From contig JBBQFH010000010.1 in the NCBI GenBank assembly GCA_038321865.1, positions 35,793 to 99,792 on the forward strand: DNA of 64,000 bases, in the 5' to 3' direction. Made by a program: the position numbers and the translations under genes. The number at the start of each line of letters is the position of its first letter. Within the stretch, counting starts at the first letter, position 1. This stretch comes from Gemmatimonadales bacterium. GTDB lineage: Bacteria; Gemmatimonadota; Gemmatimonadetes; Gemmatimonadales; GWC2-71-9. Of this stretch, positions 9,823-21,603 are shown piece after piece. The notes under the pieces are model-generated. The model was not told the DNA's origin, did no database searches, and saw nothing but the letters and a program-made list of their open reading frames with translations.

Positions 9823-10852
9823 TGGCGGGACGCCGCGCCGCGGCGCTGCTCGCCGTGATTCTGCCTGCCGCACTGGCCTGCCGGAGCGATGGACGGACGC
9901 CGGTGGTCGTCTACTCGCCGCACGGGCGGGATCAGCTGGTGCTGATGGAGCATGATTTCGAGCGGCTGCACCCCGACATCGACGTGCGCTGGCTCGACAT
10001 GGGAAGCCAGGAAATCCTGGACCGGATCCGCTTCGAGAAGGTCAATCCGCAAGCCGATGTCTGGTTCGGCGGGCCGACCACGATCTTCGACCGGGGCATC
10101 GCCGACTCGCTGCTCGCCCCGTACCGTCCCGACTGGGCTGCGCACGCCGGGTCGCGAGGCGTCGGCCCCCACGACCTGTATTTTCCGGTCTACCGTACAC
10201 CGGCAGTGATCGCCTACAACAGCCACGCCGTATCGGCCGATTCGGCGCCGCGCGACTGGGACGACGTGCTTGAGCCGCGCTGGCGCGACAAGCTCCTCAT
10301 TCGGGATCCGGTGGCGAGCGGCACGATGCGGGCGATCTGGGGACTGATCCTCGAGCGCAGCGTACGCGAGACCGGTGACACGGCCCGCGGCATGGCCTGG
10401 CTCCGGCGGCTCGACGGCCAGACGAAGACCTACACGCTCAATCCGGCGATCCTGGAGGAGAAGCTGGTGCGGGAGGAGGGGCTGGTCACGCTGTGGGACC
10501 TGCCCGACCTGCTCATCTGGCAGAGCAAGGGCATTCCGTTCAGCTACACCTTTCCCCGCAGCGGCACCGTGGTGATCGACGATGCGATCGCGCTGGTGCG
10601 CGGCGCCCCGCACGCCCGCGCGGCGAGGGCATTCATCGATTACGTCGGCGGCGAGCACGCCCAGCTGCTGGCGGCGCGGCGGGTGTTCCGCCTTCCGGTC
10701 CGGGATGATCTGCCGCTAGACTCCGTCCCCGCGTGGGTGGCCGACGTCGAACGCAACATGGTCGTCGCCGAGGTGGACTGGAGCATGCTCGCCCGCGAAG
10801 GATCCGCCTGGATGTCGTACTGGGATCGTCATGTCCGCAACACCGGGAAACG

Positions 10853-10856
<4 letters not shown>
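9822..10856 (+). CDS. ABC transporter substrate-binding lipoprotein (FbpA/AfuA-like)
   Basis: Lipobox ALAC; EKVNPQADVWFGG, APRDWDDVL, RDPVASGT. ATG overlaps the upstream stop. Confidence 0.88.
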
Positions 10857-11928
<1,072 letters not shown>

Positions 11929-11932
<4 letters not shown>

Positions 11933-13581
11933 GGCGACCGTCGAGCCCGGCGGGCTGGCTGCTGCTGGCGCTGCTGGCGTGGCTCATCGCCTATCCACTC
12001 GTGCTCGTGCTGCTGGACGCGGTGCGGAGTCCGGGCGGATGGACGCTGGAATACGTACGGGTATTCCTGTCGCGGCCCACCGAGTGGCGGGCGCTGTGGG
12101 ACAGTCTCTGGATTTCGGTTGCGAGCGTTGCGCTCTCGGCCGCGATCGGGATTCCGCTCGCGTTCCTCTTCGTCCGGTACGAGTTTCCCGGGCGCCGGCT
12201 GCTGGGGGCGGTCGTCGCGCTGCCGGCGGTGCTGCCGCCGCTCGTGGGTGTCCTGGCGTTTCTCTTCCTCTACGGGGAAAGCGGCTTCGTCGCCCACCTC
12301 GTCAAGCGGGTCTTCGGCCTGGACCAGGCACCGTGGACGCTGGAAGGCGCCACGGCGATCCTGCTGGTGCATGCCTACTCGATGTACGTCTACTTCTATC
12401 TTTTCGTCCGGGCGGGACTGTCGTCGCTGGATGCGTCGGTGTTCGAGGCCGCTGCCAGCCTGGGGGCCGGCAGGTGGCGCACGCTCAGGCGAGTGGTGCT
12501 GCCGCTGCTCCGGCCGTCGCTTACCGGCGCCGCCCTGCTCACGTTCATGACGTCGCTGGCTTCGTTCAGCGCGCCCTACATCTTCGGCGGCGGGTTTCGG
12601 GTGATGACGACGCAGATCATCGCCACCCGGCTCAACGGCGAGAATTCGCTGGCCATGGTGGAAACCGTATCGCTCACCATCCTGGCGCTCGCCGGGCTGC
12701 TGCTCTTCCGCCGGTCCGACGCCGACGAGCCTGCGGCGAGTGCCGGCAAGGGCGTCGCTCCGGAGCGGTCCCGGGTCACGAGCCGCCCCGCCCGCCTGGC
12801 ACTCGCGGCGCTGTCGTGGATCCTCGCTCTCGTGCTGCTCCTTCCGCACCTGACGCTGCTGGTCGTCTCGTTCGTGCCGCTTGGCACCTGGACCACGGAG
12901 GCCGTTCCGCCGGCGTACACGCTCGCCAACTACGCAACCCTGCTCGAGGACCCGGTGCGCGCGCGGCCACTGGTCAACAGCCTCTGGATGGCCACACTGG
13001 CGACGGTGGCCGCGGTGGGGATCGCCGTGGCGGCCGGTGTGCTGGCCGTCCGCCGACGAGTGCGCGGTGGCGGGGCCATCGAAGCGTTGCTGGCACTCCC
13101 CTGGGCGGTTCCGGGGACGGTGTTTGCCATCGCGCTGGCGACGGCGTTCAGCGTGCGCCAGCCACTCGCGGCGCGGTTCATCCTCGTCGGGACGCTCTGG
13201 ATCCTGCCGCTGGCCTATCTCGTCCGGAACCTTCCGATCACCGGCCGTGCGGTGCTGGCCGGGTTTCGCCGGCTCGATCCGTCGCTCGATGAGGCCGCCG
13301 CAACCCTGGGCGCCGGTCGCTGGCGCACGCTCGGGCGCATCACGCTGCCGCTGCTCCGTCCCGCCCTCGTCGCCGGAGCGACGCTCGCGTTCGTGACGGC
13401 CTTCGGCGACTTCGTGACTTCGATCATGCTCTACACCTACGACACACGGCCGATCTCGCTCGAGATCCTGTCGAGCCTCAGAAATTCAGACGTCGGCGTC
13501 GCGGCCGCCTACGGCGTGGTGCTCATGCTCGTCAGCGGCGCCGTGTTCGCGCTCGGCGCCGAGCGGCGGGCGGCCGGATGA
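11929..13581 (+). CDS. ABC transporter permease (FbpB-like, two EAA loops)
   Basis: FEAAASLGA and DEAAATLGA loops; GTGA overlap. Confidence 0.92.
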
Positions 13582-14825
13582 GCGGCAGCGTCGCGGCGGA
13601 GCAGGGTCAGTTTCGGCGCCTGGCCATCCTGATCACGACCAGCTTCGTGGACATGATCGGATTCTCGATCGTCTTTCCGCTGCTTCCGTTCTACGCGCTC
13701 AAACTGCACGGCAACGCCTTCCACGTCGGGCTGATCACCGCCGCGTTTTCCGCCGCGCAGATCCTGTCGGCGCCGATCTGGGGACGGGTATCCGATCGCT
13801 ACGGGCGGCGACCGGCGCTGCTGATCGGACTGCTCGCGTCCGCTGCCGCGTACGTGGTGTTCGGGCTGGCGGACTCGATCCTGCTGTTGTTCCTGTCGCG
13901 CCTCATTCAGGGGGCCGGTGGCGGCACCACCGGCGTGGCCCAGGCCTACGTCGCCGATACGGTCAAGCCGTCCGACCGGGCCCGCGCTCTCGGATGGCTC
14001 TCGGCGGCGACCTCAGCGGGCGTGATGCTCGGCCCGGTAATCGGCTCCTTCGCCGCGCGAATCAATCACGAGGCCCCCGGCTTCGCCGCGGCCGCGCTCT
14101 GCCTGATCAATGCCGGTTTTGCCTGGCGGTGGCTTCCGGAGTCCCGTGTCCGCGAGGCGGGCGGCGCGGTGCCGGTCCGAAAGCCGGTATGGCACGCAGC
14201 GTGGCAGGTGCTGAGCCATCCGGGCGGCCCGGTGACGCGGCTGATCTGGATCTACGCCGTCGGCATGCTCGCATTCTCGGCGCTCTCCTCCGTGCTCGCG
14301 CTCTACCTGGGTGCGGAGTTCGGGGTGACCGAACGGACGATCGCCCCGGTCTTCGTTTACGTGGCGACGGTAGGGCTGGTGATGCGCTCGGTCCTGCTCG
14401 GACCGATCGTCGACCGGATCGGCGAAACATGGACGATGCGAGCCGGGACCATCGTACTGGTGATCGGGCTGCTGCTCTACCCCCAGGCGCATTCGGTCGG
14501 CGCCCTCGCCGCGGTGATTCCCTTCGTGCCAATCGGCACGGCACTCCTGTTCCCGGCCACGACGGCGCTGATGTCCCGCAAGTCGGATCGCGAGGAACTC
14601 GGCACCATCATGGGCGTGGCGCAGACTTTCGGCGGGATCAGCAGGGTCATCGCTCCGCTCTTCGCCACGTTCGTGTTCGGTCACTTCGGGCACGTCGCGC
14701 CGTTCTACGTCGCGGGAGCGATCGTGGCGCTGGTCGGCATCCTCGCGTTCCGGGTGGAGCCGTACGCACCCGGACCTACTCCGGCGGGCGGCACGCCCGC
14801 GGCCGGCTCCGGCGCGGTCCGCTGA
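13578..14825 (+). CDS. MFS transporter (TetA/DHA1-like)
   Basis: GRVSDRYGRRP motif A; about 12 TM segments. Confidence 0.92.
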   Translation: MSGSVAAEQGQFRRLAILITTSFVDMIGFSIVFPLLPFYALKLHGNAFHVGLITAAFSAAQILSAPIWGRVSDRYGRRPALLIGLLASAAAYVVFGLADSILLLFLSRLIQGAGGGTTGVAQAYVADTVKPSDRARALGWLSAATSAGVMLGPVIGSFAARINHEAPGFAAAALCLINAGFAWRWLPESRVREAGGAVPVRKPVWHAAWQVLSHPGGPVTRLIWIYAVGMLAFSALSSVLALYLGAEFGVTERTIAPVFVYVATVGLVMRSVLLGPIVDRIGETWTMRAGTIVLVIGLLLYPQAHSVGALAAVIPFVPIGTALLFPATTALMSRKSDREELGTIMGVAQTFGGISRVIAPLFATFVFGHFGHVAPFYVAGAIVALVGILAFRVEPYAPGPTPAGGTPAAGSGAVR

Positions 14826-14838
14826 TCGGAGGGTACGG

Positions 14839-16749
14839 ATGAGCACTGACGACCGGCTGGACCGGCTCGAGCAGCGAGTGGCGACGCTGGAGACGCTCGT
14901 TCGCCAATTGGCCGCAGTGCCGAGGCCGGTCTCCCGCGTCCTGGTGCCACGGGTGGAGCGCCTCTCCGGACCCGAACCGGTGACGCCGGGAGCGGCGATC
15001 GGTGCGCCGCCGCCCGGCGCCGCGCGCACCGCAGCGCCCCCCCGGCGGAAGCTGCTCGATTCCGAGGAATGGGTCGGCGAGCGCGGCCTGCTCGCGCTCG
15101 GTGTGCTGGCGCTGATTCTTGCCGCCGGATACCTGCTGAAGCTGTCGTTCGATCGCGGCTGGGTCTCGCCGCTGGCCCGATGCATCGGCGGCGCGGTTGC
15201 CGGAGCCGCCGTCGGCGCGGTCGGCTGGCGCCTCGAAACACGCTACCGGACCTACGGAGCGGCGCTGATCGGATGCGGAGCCGCCATCATCTACCTGGCG
15301 GTCTGGGCCGCGGTGCGGCAATACCAGTTCCTCCCACCCACCTCCGGCATCGTGGCGCTGGCACTGGTATCGCTTGCCCTGGCGGCGATCGCCTACTCCC
15401 TCGACGTCGAAGCGCTCGGGGCCACCGCGGCCGCCGGTGCCTTCTTCGCGCCCATCTTTCTGAGCCCGGCGCACGGAAGCGCCGACGCGCTGCTCGTGTA
15501 TCTCGCCGCGATGGCCGCGGCGCTCGGTGCCGTTGCAGCTCAGCGGCGCTGGCGGCTGGCGGCGCTGATCGTCGCGGCCAGCTACTTCGGCATCGGGTGG
15601 ACCGTGGGGGCGAGCAGCTCGGGTCTCGCCGCGCCGATGCTGCTGCTCTGGTACGGCGTCGCCGGCGGCACCGCCGGACTCTTCCTCGGCCTGCGGGAAC
15701 GGTGGTGGGAGATTCGCTCCGTCTCGTTCTGGGGCGGGTGGGCGCTGATCGCGTCGGCCGCGGGCGAGCGGGCCGGCCCCTCGCTGCTGGTCGCCGCCGC
15801 CATCATGGCGGCTCCGCTGTGGTGGCATGGGTTCAGGTCGCCGCGGATCTGGCCGGAGCGGACCACGCCGCGCTACCGCGGCGCGGAGTGGTCGCTGGGT
15901 GAGGCACTCTACTTCTTCGTCACGCCCCTGTTCCTCGCCTGGGCAGTCCGGCTGCAGAATCCGGAATGGTTCGGGGCGCATCCTGGCCTGGCTGCAGCGC
16001 TGGTGGGCGTGCCGTATGTACTGGCAGGTTATGCCCGCCCGCGGCCGGCGTTCGCCCTGGTCGGCGCGGCCGCGCTGGGCACTGCCGCCTGGTTGCACTG
16101 GCCCGGGGTCGGCGCCGCGTGGTCGCTGCTCGGTCTTGCCGCGCTGTGGGCCGCGCTCGATCACGCCGTCAACCGGACCGATGGCCGCTGGTATGCCGCG
16201 GGCACGCTGCTCGGCGCGCTGACGCACCTGCTCACCCACGACCTTCCGGTGCGGGCGGCATCCGATCCCGCGTTCAGCGGCGCCTGGGCATCCGCCCTAT
16301 GGGCCGCGACGCTGGTGACCGCCGCGCTGGCCGCGGGCCTCTGGCGATCAGTGGGGCCGCCGGAGGACGTGCGCGCGGTGCGCACCGCCTTGTGGGTCGG
16401 GGCGGGGGGCATGACCCTGTTCGGGATCACCGCGGAGATCCGCCGGTATTTCGCGCTCCATGCCGCGGGCCGGGCGGCGGCGGATCTGGCAGGCGGCCTC
16501 GCAGTAAGCGCCTGGTGGCTGGTATTCGCGACCGGCCTCGTGCTGCTGGGCTTCCGCCGGGGTGTCCGCCCTGTCCGCCAGTTCGGCCTGGCGGTCGCGG
16601 CACTGGCGGGCGCGAAGGTTCTGTTCCGCGACCTGAGCTCGCTCGATGCGCTGTATCGGGTGGGCTCGGTCTTCATCCTCGGCCTCGCGTCCCTTGTGGT
16701 CGCGTATCTCTATCATCGGCACGCCCGCGTGGATTCGCCCGGGGCATGA
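14839..16749 (+). CDS. DUF2339-like polytopic membrane protein
   Basis: N-terminal coiled coil (RLDRLEQRV), EEWVGERGL..LG, C-terminal KVLFRDLSSLDALYRVGS. Confidence 0.8.
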   Translation: MSTDDRLDRLEQRVATLETLVRQLAAVPRPVSRVLVPRVERLSGPEPVTPGAAIGAPPPGAARTAAPPRRKLLDSEEWVGERGLLALGVLALILAAGYLLKLSFDRGWVSPLARCIGGAVAGAAVGAVGWRLETRYRTYGAALIGCGAAIIYLAVWAAVRQYQFLPPTSGIVALALVSLALAAIAYSLDVEALGATAAAGAFFAPIFLSPAHGSADALLVYLAAMAAALGAVAAQRRWRLAALIVAASYFGIGWTVGASSSGLAAPMLLLWYGVAGGTAGLFLGLRERWWEIRSVSFWGGWALIASAAGERAGPSLLVAAAIMAAPLWWHGFRSPRIWPERTTPRYRGAEWSLGEALYFFVTPLFLAWAVRLQNPEWFGAHPGLAAALVGVPYVLAGYARPRPAFALVGAAALGTAAWLHWPGVGAAWSLLGLAALWAALDHAVNRTDGRWYAAGTLLGALTHLLTHDLPVRAASDPAFSGAWASALWAATLVTAALAAGLWRSVGPPEDVRAVRTALWVGAGGMTLFGITAEIRRYFALHAAGRAAADLAGGLAVSAWWLVFATGLVLLGFRRGVRPVRQFGLAVAALAGAKVLFRDLSSLDALYRVGSVFILGLASLVVAYLYHRHARVDSPGA

Positions 16750-16816
16750 AGCGAACGGCGTAGGGGAACCGCATGCGCTCGGCTATCATTTCGCGAGTGC
16801 CCCACAAGGAGCTCGA

Positions 16817-18529
16817 ATGGTGCTGGACCTCCCTGATTCTCCAGGCGCGTTCGCGGACGCGTCGTGGACCGACATCGCGCCCTACTATGACGCGCTGGCC
16901 GCGGCGCCGCTGACCGACGCCGGTCTCGATGCCTGGCTCGCCGACTGGTCCACCCTCGAGGAACTGGTGTCCGAGGCTGCTTCGCTGGCGATGATCGCGT
17001 ACACGGTGGACACCGCCGACGCCGCCAAGGAGGCCGCGCACCTTCGTTTTTCGACTCAGGTGCTCCCTCAGCTGGACGAACACAGTGTGCAGCTGGCGCG
17101 GCGGCTCGTTGACTCCGGGCTGTCCCGGCCGGCGCTGGCGACGACCCTTGCGCGCTTCCGCACCCAGATCGGCCTCTTTCGTGAATCGAACATTCCCCTG
17201 TTTTCCGAGCTGGAAGAGTTGGGTAGTCGTTACCAGCGCATCACCGGCGGGATGACCGTACTGTGGGACGGCGAGGAGCGGCCGCTGCCCCAGCTGCAAC
17301 CGTTCCTCAAGAGCGCCGATCGGGCGACCCGTGAGCGCGCCTTTCGGGCGAGCACCGCTCCCTACCAGGCGCACCGTCACGAGATGAGCGCCCTCTTCGA
17401 CCGGATGTACGAGCTGCGGCAGCAGCTGGCCCAGAACGCCGGATTTGCCAACTTTCGCGACTATGTGTTTCCGGCCAAGTTCCGCTTCGACTACACGCCC
17501 GAGGACTGTGAGGCGTTTCATCGCGCGGTCGAGCGCGTCGTGGCGCCCGCCGCTGAACGGGTGCTCGAGCATCGCCGGGCGCGGCTCGGGCTTGCTACGC
17601 TGCGCCCCTGGGATCTGCAGGTCGATCCCTACCGGACCGGCATCCTCCGGCCGTTCGACACGGTCGCAGAATTCACCGACCGGGCGGCGCGCGTATTCGA
17701 CCGGCTGGACCCGGCGCTCGGCGGTGAGTTTCGCACCATGCTGGATGAACGACTGCTTGATCTCGACAGCCGCAAGGGCAAGGCGCCCGGCGGATACTGC
17801 GACACGCTGCACCATCGCGGCCGCCCTTTCATCTTCATGAATGCGGTCGGCGTCGTGGACGACGTCATGACGCTGCTGCACGAGGCCGGTCACGCGTTCC
17901 ATGCCTTCGCGTCGGATGTGCAGCCCCTGATCTGGCAGCGCCACCCCGGCTCGGAGGCCGCGGAGCTGGCGTCGATGTCGATGGAGCTCCTGGCGGGGGC
18001 GCACCTGTCGGATGAGGGCGGCTATTTCACCCCGGATGAATCACGCAGCGCCTGGCTCGAGCATCTCGAGGACATCCTGCTGAGCCTGTCCCACATCGCC
18101 TCGGTGGACGCCTTTCAGAGCTGGATCTACACCAGCGGCCGGGGTGGTGACGCGGCGGCGCGTGACGCCGAATGGCTGCGGATCCGCCAGCGGTTCGAGC
18201 GCGGCGTGGACTGGAGCGGGCTCGAGGGCGAGCGCGTGGCGCGGTGGTATCGGCAGCTGCACATCTTCCTGTATCCCTTCTACTACATCGAATACGGTAT
18301 CGCCCAGATCGGCGCGCTCCAGGTCTGGCGCAATAGCCTCAGCGATCCGGCGGATGCGATCGCGCGCTATCGCGCGGCGCTCGCCCTGGGCGCGACCCGG
18401 CCGCTTCCGGAACTGTACCGGGCGGCCGGGGCGCGGCTCACGTTCGACGTGGACGAGATCGCCGCGCTGGTCGCGCTGGTGGAGGAGCGGATCGCCGGGC
18501 TCAGAAGCGAGTTGCACCAGGCGGCGTAG
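16817..18529 (+). CDS. M3 family oligoendopeptidase F
   Basis: HEAGH zinc motif, [17 protein letters not shown]. Start at ATG 16817 after AGGAG. Confidence 0.93.
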   Translation: MVLDLPDSPGAFADASWTDIAPYYDALAAAPLTDAGLDAWLADWSTLEELVSEAASLAMIAYTVDTADAAKEAAHLRFSTQVLPQLDEHSVQLARRLVDSGLSRPALATTLARFRTQIGLFRESNIPLFSELEELGSRYQRITGGMTVLWDGEERPLPQLQPFLKSADRATRERAFRASTAPYQAHRHEMSALFDRMYELRQQLAQNAGFANFRDYVFPAKFRFDYTPEDCEAFHRAVERVVAPAAERVLEHRRARLGLATLRPWDLQVDPYRTGILRPFDTVAEFTDRAARVFDRLDPALGGEFRTMLDERLLDLDSRKGKAPGGYCDTLHHRGRPFIFMNAVGVVDDVMTLLHEAGHAFHAFASDVQPLIWQRHPGSEAAELASMSMELLAGAHLSDEGGYFTPDESRSAWLEHLEDILLSLSHIASVDAFQSWIYTSGRGGDAAARDAEWLRIRQRFERGVDWSGLEGERVARWYRQLHIFLYPFYYIEYGIAQIGALQVWRNSLSDPADAIARYRAALALGATRPLPELYRAAGARLTFDVDEIAALVALVEERIAGLRSELHQAA

Positions 18530-18644
18530 CGTCACGCTGGTTGCCTTCCGCCGGTCGCGGGGCAACATTCCACGCTGCCTGGACCACCCGGCGCGGCCAT
18601 CTGGCCGCAGCCGGCCCGTTCCGGACCCCGAGGGAGCATACTGG

Positions 18645-18863
18645 ATGGCGAAAGAAGAAGGCATCGAGATGGAGGGCGTGGTGACCGAGGTGCTGCCCGA
18701 TCGCAATTATCGCGTCGAGCTCGACAACGGACACACCATCCTCGCGTACGCGGCAGGCAAGATGAGCAAGTTCAAGATCCGGGTGCTCGAGGGCGACCGG
18801 GTCAGCGTCATCCTCTCGCCGTACGACCTCACTCGCGGCCGGGTGATCTACCGCCACAAGTAG
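18645..18863 (+). CDS. infA: Translation initiation factor IF-1
   Basis: [18 protein letters not shown]...GKM...GDRV...[13 protein letters not shown], 72 aa. Confidence 0.98.
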   Translation: MAKEEGIEMEGVVTEVLPDRNYRVELDNGHTILAYAAGKMSKFKIRVLEGDRVSVILSPYDLTRGRVIYRHK

Positions 18864-18886
18864 GCGCGGTGCTCCGGTAGGGAAAC

Positions 18887-18919
18887 GACAGCGGGCCACT
18901 CATCGAGTGGCCCGCTGTC
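18887..18919. terminator. Hairpin terminator between convergent infA and csp
   Basis: Perfect 15-bp stem GACAGCGGGCCACTC-ATC-GAGTGGCCCGCTGTC. Confidence 0.8.
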
Positions 18920-18937
18920 TTGCGATCGGCCGATGCG

Positions 18938-19150
18938 CTACTTGAGCTTGGTCACGTTCTCGGCTGCGGGGCCCTTGGCACCCTGCACGATGTCGAACTC
19001 CACCCGCTCGCCCTCGGCGAGACTGCGGAACCCGTCCGACTTGATGGCGGTGTGGTGGACGAAGCAATCCTTCTCGCCATTCTCCGGAGTGATGAATCCA
19101 AACCCCTTCGCATCATTGAACCACTTCACCGTGCCGATGGTCCGAGCCAT
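18938..19150 (-). CDS. Cold-shock protein
   Basis: [34 protein letters not shown]. Confidence 0.97.
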   Translation of the reverse strand: MARTIGTVKWFNDAKGFGFITPENGEKDCFVHHTAIKSDGFRSLAEGERVEFDIVQGAKGPAAENVTKLK

Positions 19151-19278
19151 GCTGACTACTCCGCGTTGATTGCCTGCGCCGGCAGCGCCGGACGGCACCT
19201 ACCGAGTTGTTGTGAGCGCAGGCCAGTTTCCCACCCTTCGCCGGTCACGGCCTGCCGCGCAGGCCGAATCGCGGGGTG

Positions 19279-19306
19279 AATATGCAACCGGCACTGGACT
19301 AGTCAA
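19279..19306 (-). promoter_or_regulatory. Probable csp promoter giving a ~120-nt 5' UTR
   Basis: TTGACT-N16-CATATT on the minus strand. Confidence 0.5.
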
Positions 19307-21056
19307 GGGGAGGGGGGAGCTTGAGCCAGCGCGCCGCCGCCCGCGCCCAGTCACCACCGCGAGGGCGCAGTGCCGCGCCGGTTGCGCGGTTGAGCGCCTG
19401 GAGGAATTCTGCGGCGGAGGGGTACCGCTGGTCCATTTCGCTGTTGAGCGCGCGGGCCAGCACTTCCTCGAGCTCGCCCGTTACGTCCTCCCGCAGCTCG
19501 CGGGGAGAGGGAAGCTGGTTGGTCGTCTGTTTCGCCAGCACCTGTTCCGGGGTCGCGCCCTGAAAGGGCGGGTGGCCCAGCAGCGCGAAGTAGGCGACGG
19601 CGGCGAGGCTGTACAGATCGGAGCGCTGGTCCACCCGCTCGCCCAGCAGCTGTTCCGGGCTCGCGAACTGCGGCGTGCCACTCTGGCTCGTGGCGCCCCC
19701 GAACTTCCCGAAGCGCAGCGCGAGCGCGAGGCCGAAATCGGTGATCCGCAGGCGGCCGTCGCCTTCGAGCAGCATGTTCTCCGGCTTGATGTCGCGGTGC
19801 ACCAGGCCGGAAGCGTGCGCGTTAGCCAGGGCGGACAGCGCCTCGCGGAGCAGCCGGAGCACGCGGTCGAGCGGCAGCGGGCCGTCGCGGTCGACGAGCT
19901 GGGCCAGGCTGGGGCCATTGACCAGCTCCATGGTGTACCAGATCAGCCCGGACCGGCCGCCGATGTCGTAGATGCTGACGATGTTGACGTGATTGAGCCG
20001 GGCGGCCAGCTGGGCCTCCCGGCGGAAGCGCTCGACCACCGCCGGATCCTGCGTCAGCTCCGGGTGCAGCACCTTGAGCGCGACTTCGCGCTCGAGGTGA
20101 AGGTCGCGCACACGGTAGACCCGCCCGAAGCCGCCGCTGCCCAGCAGGTCGAGCAGCTCGTAGTCGTCGCCCAGCGCCCGACGCAGGCGCTTTTCCCACC
20201 GCGCCCGGTCTTCGGTGTCGGTATGGCGCGCGGCGGTGCCGATGATGGCCGGCGTCTCGAAGGTCCCGGCGTCGGAGGCGAAGTCCTCGAGCATCTCCAC
20301 CGCAGTGAAGTAGCGGTCGGCCGGGTGCGGGCGGAGCGCCCGGAGCAGGATGCGCTCGATCGTGCGGGGGCAGGTCGGGCGGAGCTCGGACGGCTTGCGG
20401 ACCTCTCGCGGATCGAGCGGCGGCTCCTGTCCGGTGACGGCGAGGTAGAGGATCGTGCCGGCGGTGTAGACATCGCTTGCGGGGTCACCGGTGGCGCCGT
20501 CGCGCACCTCGGGCGCCATGAAGCACTGGCCGCTGGGAACCGTACCGGCCGGGATCGCCGGCAACGTCCAGCTGGAAAATCGGAGATCGGTGACGGTGCC
20601 ACGCCCCGAGGTGCTCAGCAGCAGCGACGCCGGCGCGATCCGCCGGACAATGATGCCGTTGGTATGCGCGTGCTCCAGGGCGCCGAGGAGGTCGCGCGCG
20701 AGGGTATGTACGGTGGGGATCAGCCGCGGGCCGCGCTGAATCGCCTCATGGAGGCCTTCGCCGTCGATCCAGTTGCCGACACGGTAGGCCAGGTCGCCAA
20801 TGATCCCGGCGTCGTAGACGTGCCGGATGGCGGGATGATCGAGGCGGCCGAGCGCTTCCGCTTCGCGGAGAAACCAGCCGCGCAGCGTGTCATCGGGATA
20901 GAAGTGGATGCGGAGCGCGACCCGGCGCCTGAGCGTCTGATCGTAGGCGAGGAACAGCACGCGCTCGCGCGACGCGGCCACCATGCTCTCCAGCCGATAC
21001 CGCTGGCCGAGCGCGGCATCGGCCCGAGCGAAGAACTGGGCGCCGTCCACCGTCAT
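19299..21056 (-). CDS. Cytoplasmic tandem pseudokinase-kinase (Hanks type)
   Basis: C-terminal domain is intact (GSGGFG, VALK, HRDIKPEN, DFG, SPE). N-terminal domain is degenerate (VALR, VRRIAPAS, DLR). Confidence 0.9.
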   Translation of the reverse strand: MTVDGAQFFARADAALGQRYRLESMVAASRERVLFLAYDQTLRRRVALRIHFYPDDTLRGWFLREAEALGRLDHPAIRHVYDAGIIGDLAYRVGNWIDGEGLHEAIQRGPRLIPTVHTLARDLLGALEHAHTNGIIVRRIAPASLLLSTSGRGTVTDLRFSSWTLPAIPAGTVPSGQCFMAPEVRDGATGDPASDVYTAGTILYLAVTGQEPPLDPREVRKPSELRPTCPRTIERILLRALRPHPADRYFTAVEMLEDFASDAGTFETPAIIGTAARHTDTEDRARWEKRLRRALGDDYELLDLLGSGGFGRVYRVRDLHLEREVALKVLHPELTQDPAVVERFRREAQLAARLNHVNIVSIYDIGGRSGLIWYTMELVNGPSLAQLVDRDGPLPLDRVLRLLREALSALANAHASGLVHRDIKPENMLLEGDGRLRITDFGLALALRFGKFGGATSQSGTPQFASPEQLLGERVDQRSDLYSLAAVAYFALLGHPPFQGATPEQVLAKQTTNQLPSPRELREDVTGELEEVLARALNSEMDQRYPSAAEFLQALNRATGAALRPRGGDWARAAARWLKLPPPLD

Positions 21057-21598
21057 CGGAGGAGTCCCCGCCGGCGCTCGGTCCACCCGTCGCGTCCGCA
21101 GGTTTCGCTGTTGCACCAGCGCCGCCCCTGATTGACGGAATCGTCTCCAAGGAAGTGGGAGCACGCGGCGGCCGCGCACTGGCGAACGAACACCAGCGGC
21201 TCCGCCAGCGTCGCCGCTGCCGAGCGGGCCACGGCGGCGAGAGCGGCCGGCGGCTCGGCCGCCGCGAAATCGATCCGCCACTCCCCGCCGATCCGCAACA
21301 GCTGCTGCGACCCCGACTCGGCGCGAAGCTCCTGGTTGATGAGCGACACGGCGGGGGCGGGAGGCCGCTGTCCCGCGTCGAGCGACTCGGCGAGGGCGGT
21401 CAGTGCGTCGCGCAGGCGGCGGACCTCCTCGAAGGGGCGTGTGTCGGCGTCGGAACGCAGCTTGAGGGCCTTGGTCCAGCGGTGGTAGGCGGCGGCGTCA
21501 GGCAGACGATCGGTTGCGGGGGCGGTGCTCCCGCGCGCGGTGTTGATGAAATCGAGCCAGATGGCGTCGCCCAGGAGGGTGAATTCGGGGTCGGACAT
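21053..21598 (-). CDS. ABATE / CGNR zinc-finger protein
   Basis: N-terminal LDFINT; C-terminal CxxxxC...RRWC...CG. Confidence 0.85.
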   Translation of the reverse strand: MSDPEFTLLGDAIWLDFINTARGSTAPATDRLPDAAAYHRWTKALKLRSDADTRPFEEVRRLRDALTALAESLDAGQRPPAPAVSLINQELRAESGSQQLLRIGGEWRIDFAAAEPPAALAAVARSAAATLAEPLVFVRQCAAAACSHFLGDDSVNQGRRWCNSETCGRDGWTERRRGLLR

Positions 21599-21603
21599 GC
21601 GGC

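Noticed and set aside
7324..9873. Long antisense ORFs (also 19170-21131, 22981-24867, 32125-34218, 38494-40527, 54278-56395)
   Set aside because: Expected stop-poor shadows opposite well-supported genes in high-GC DNA.
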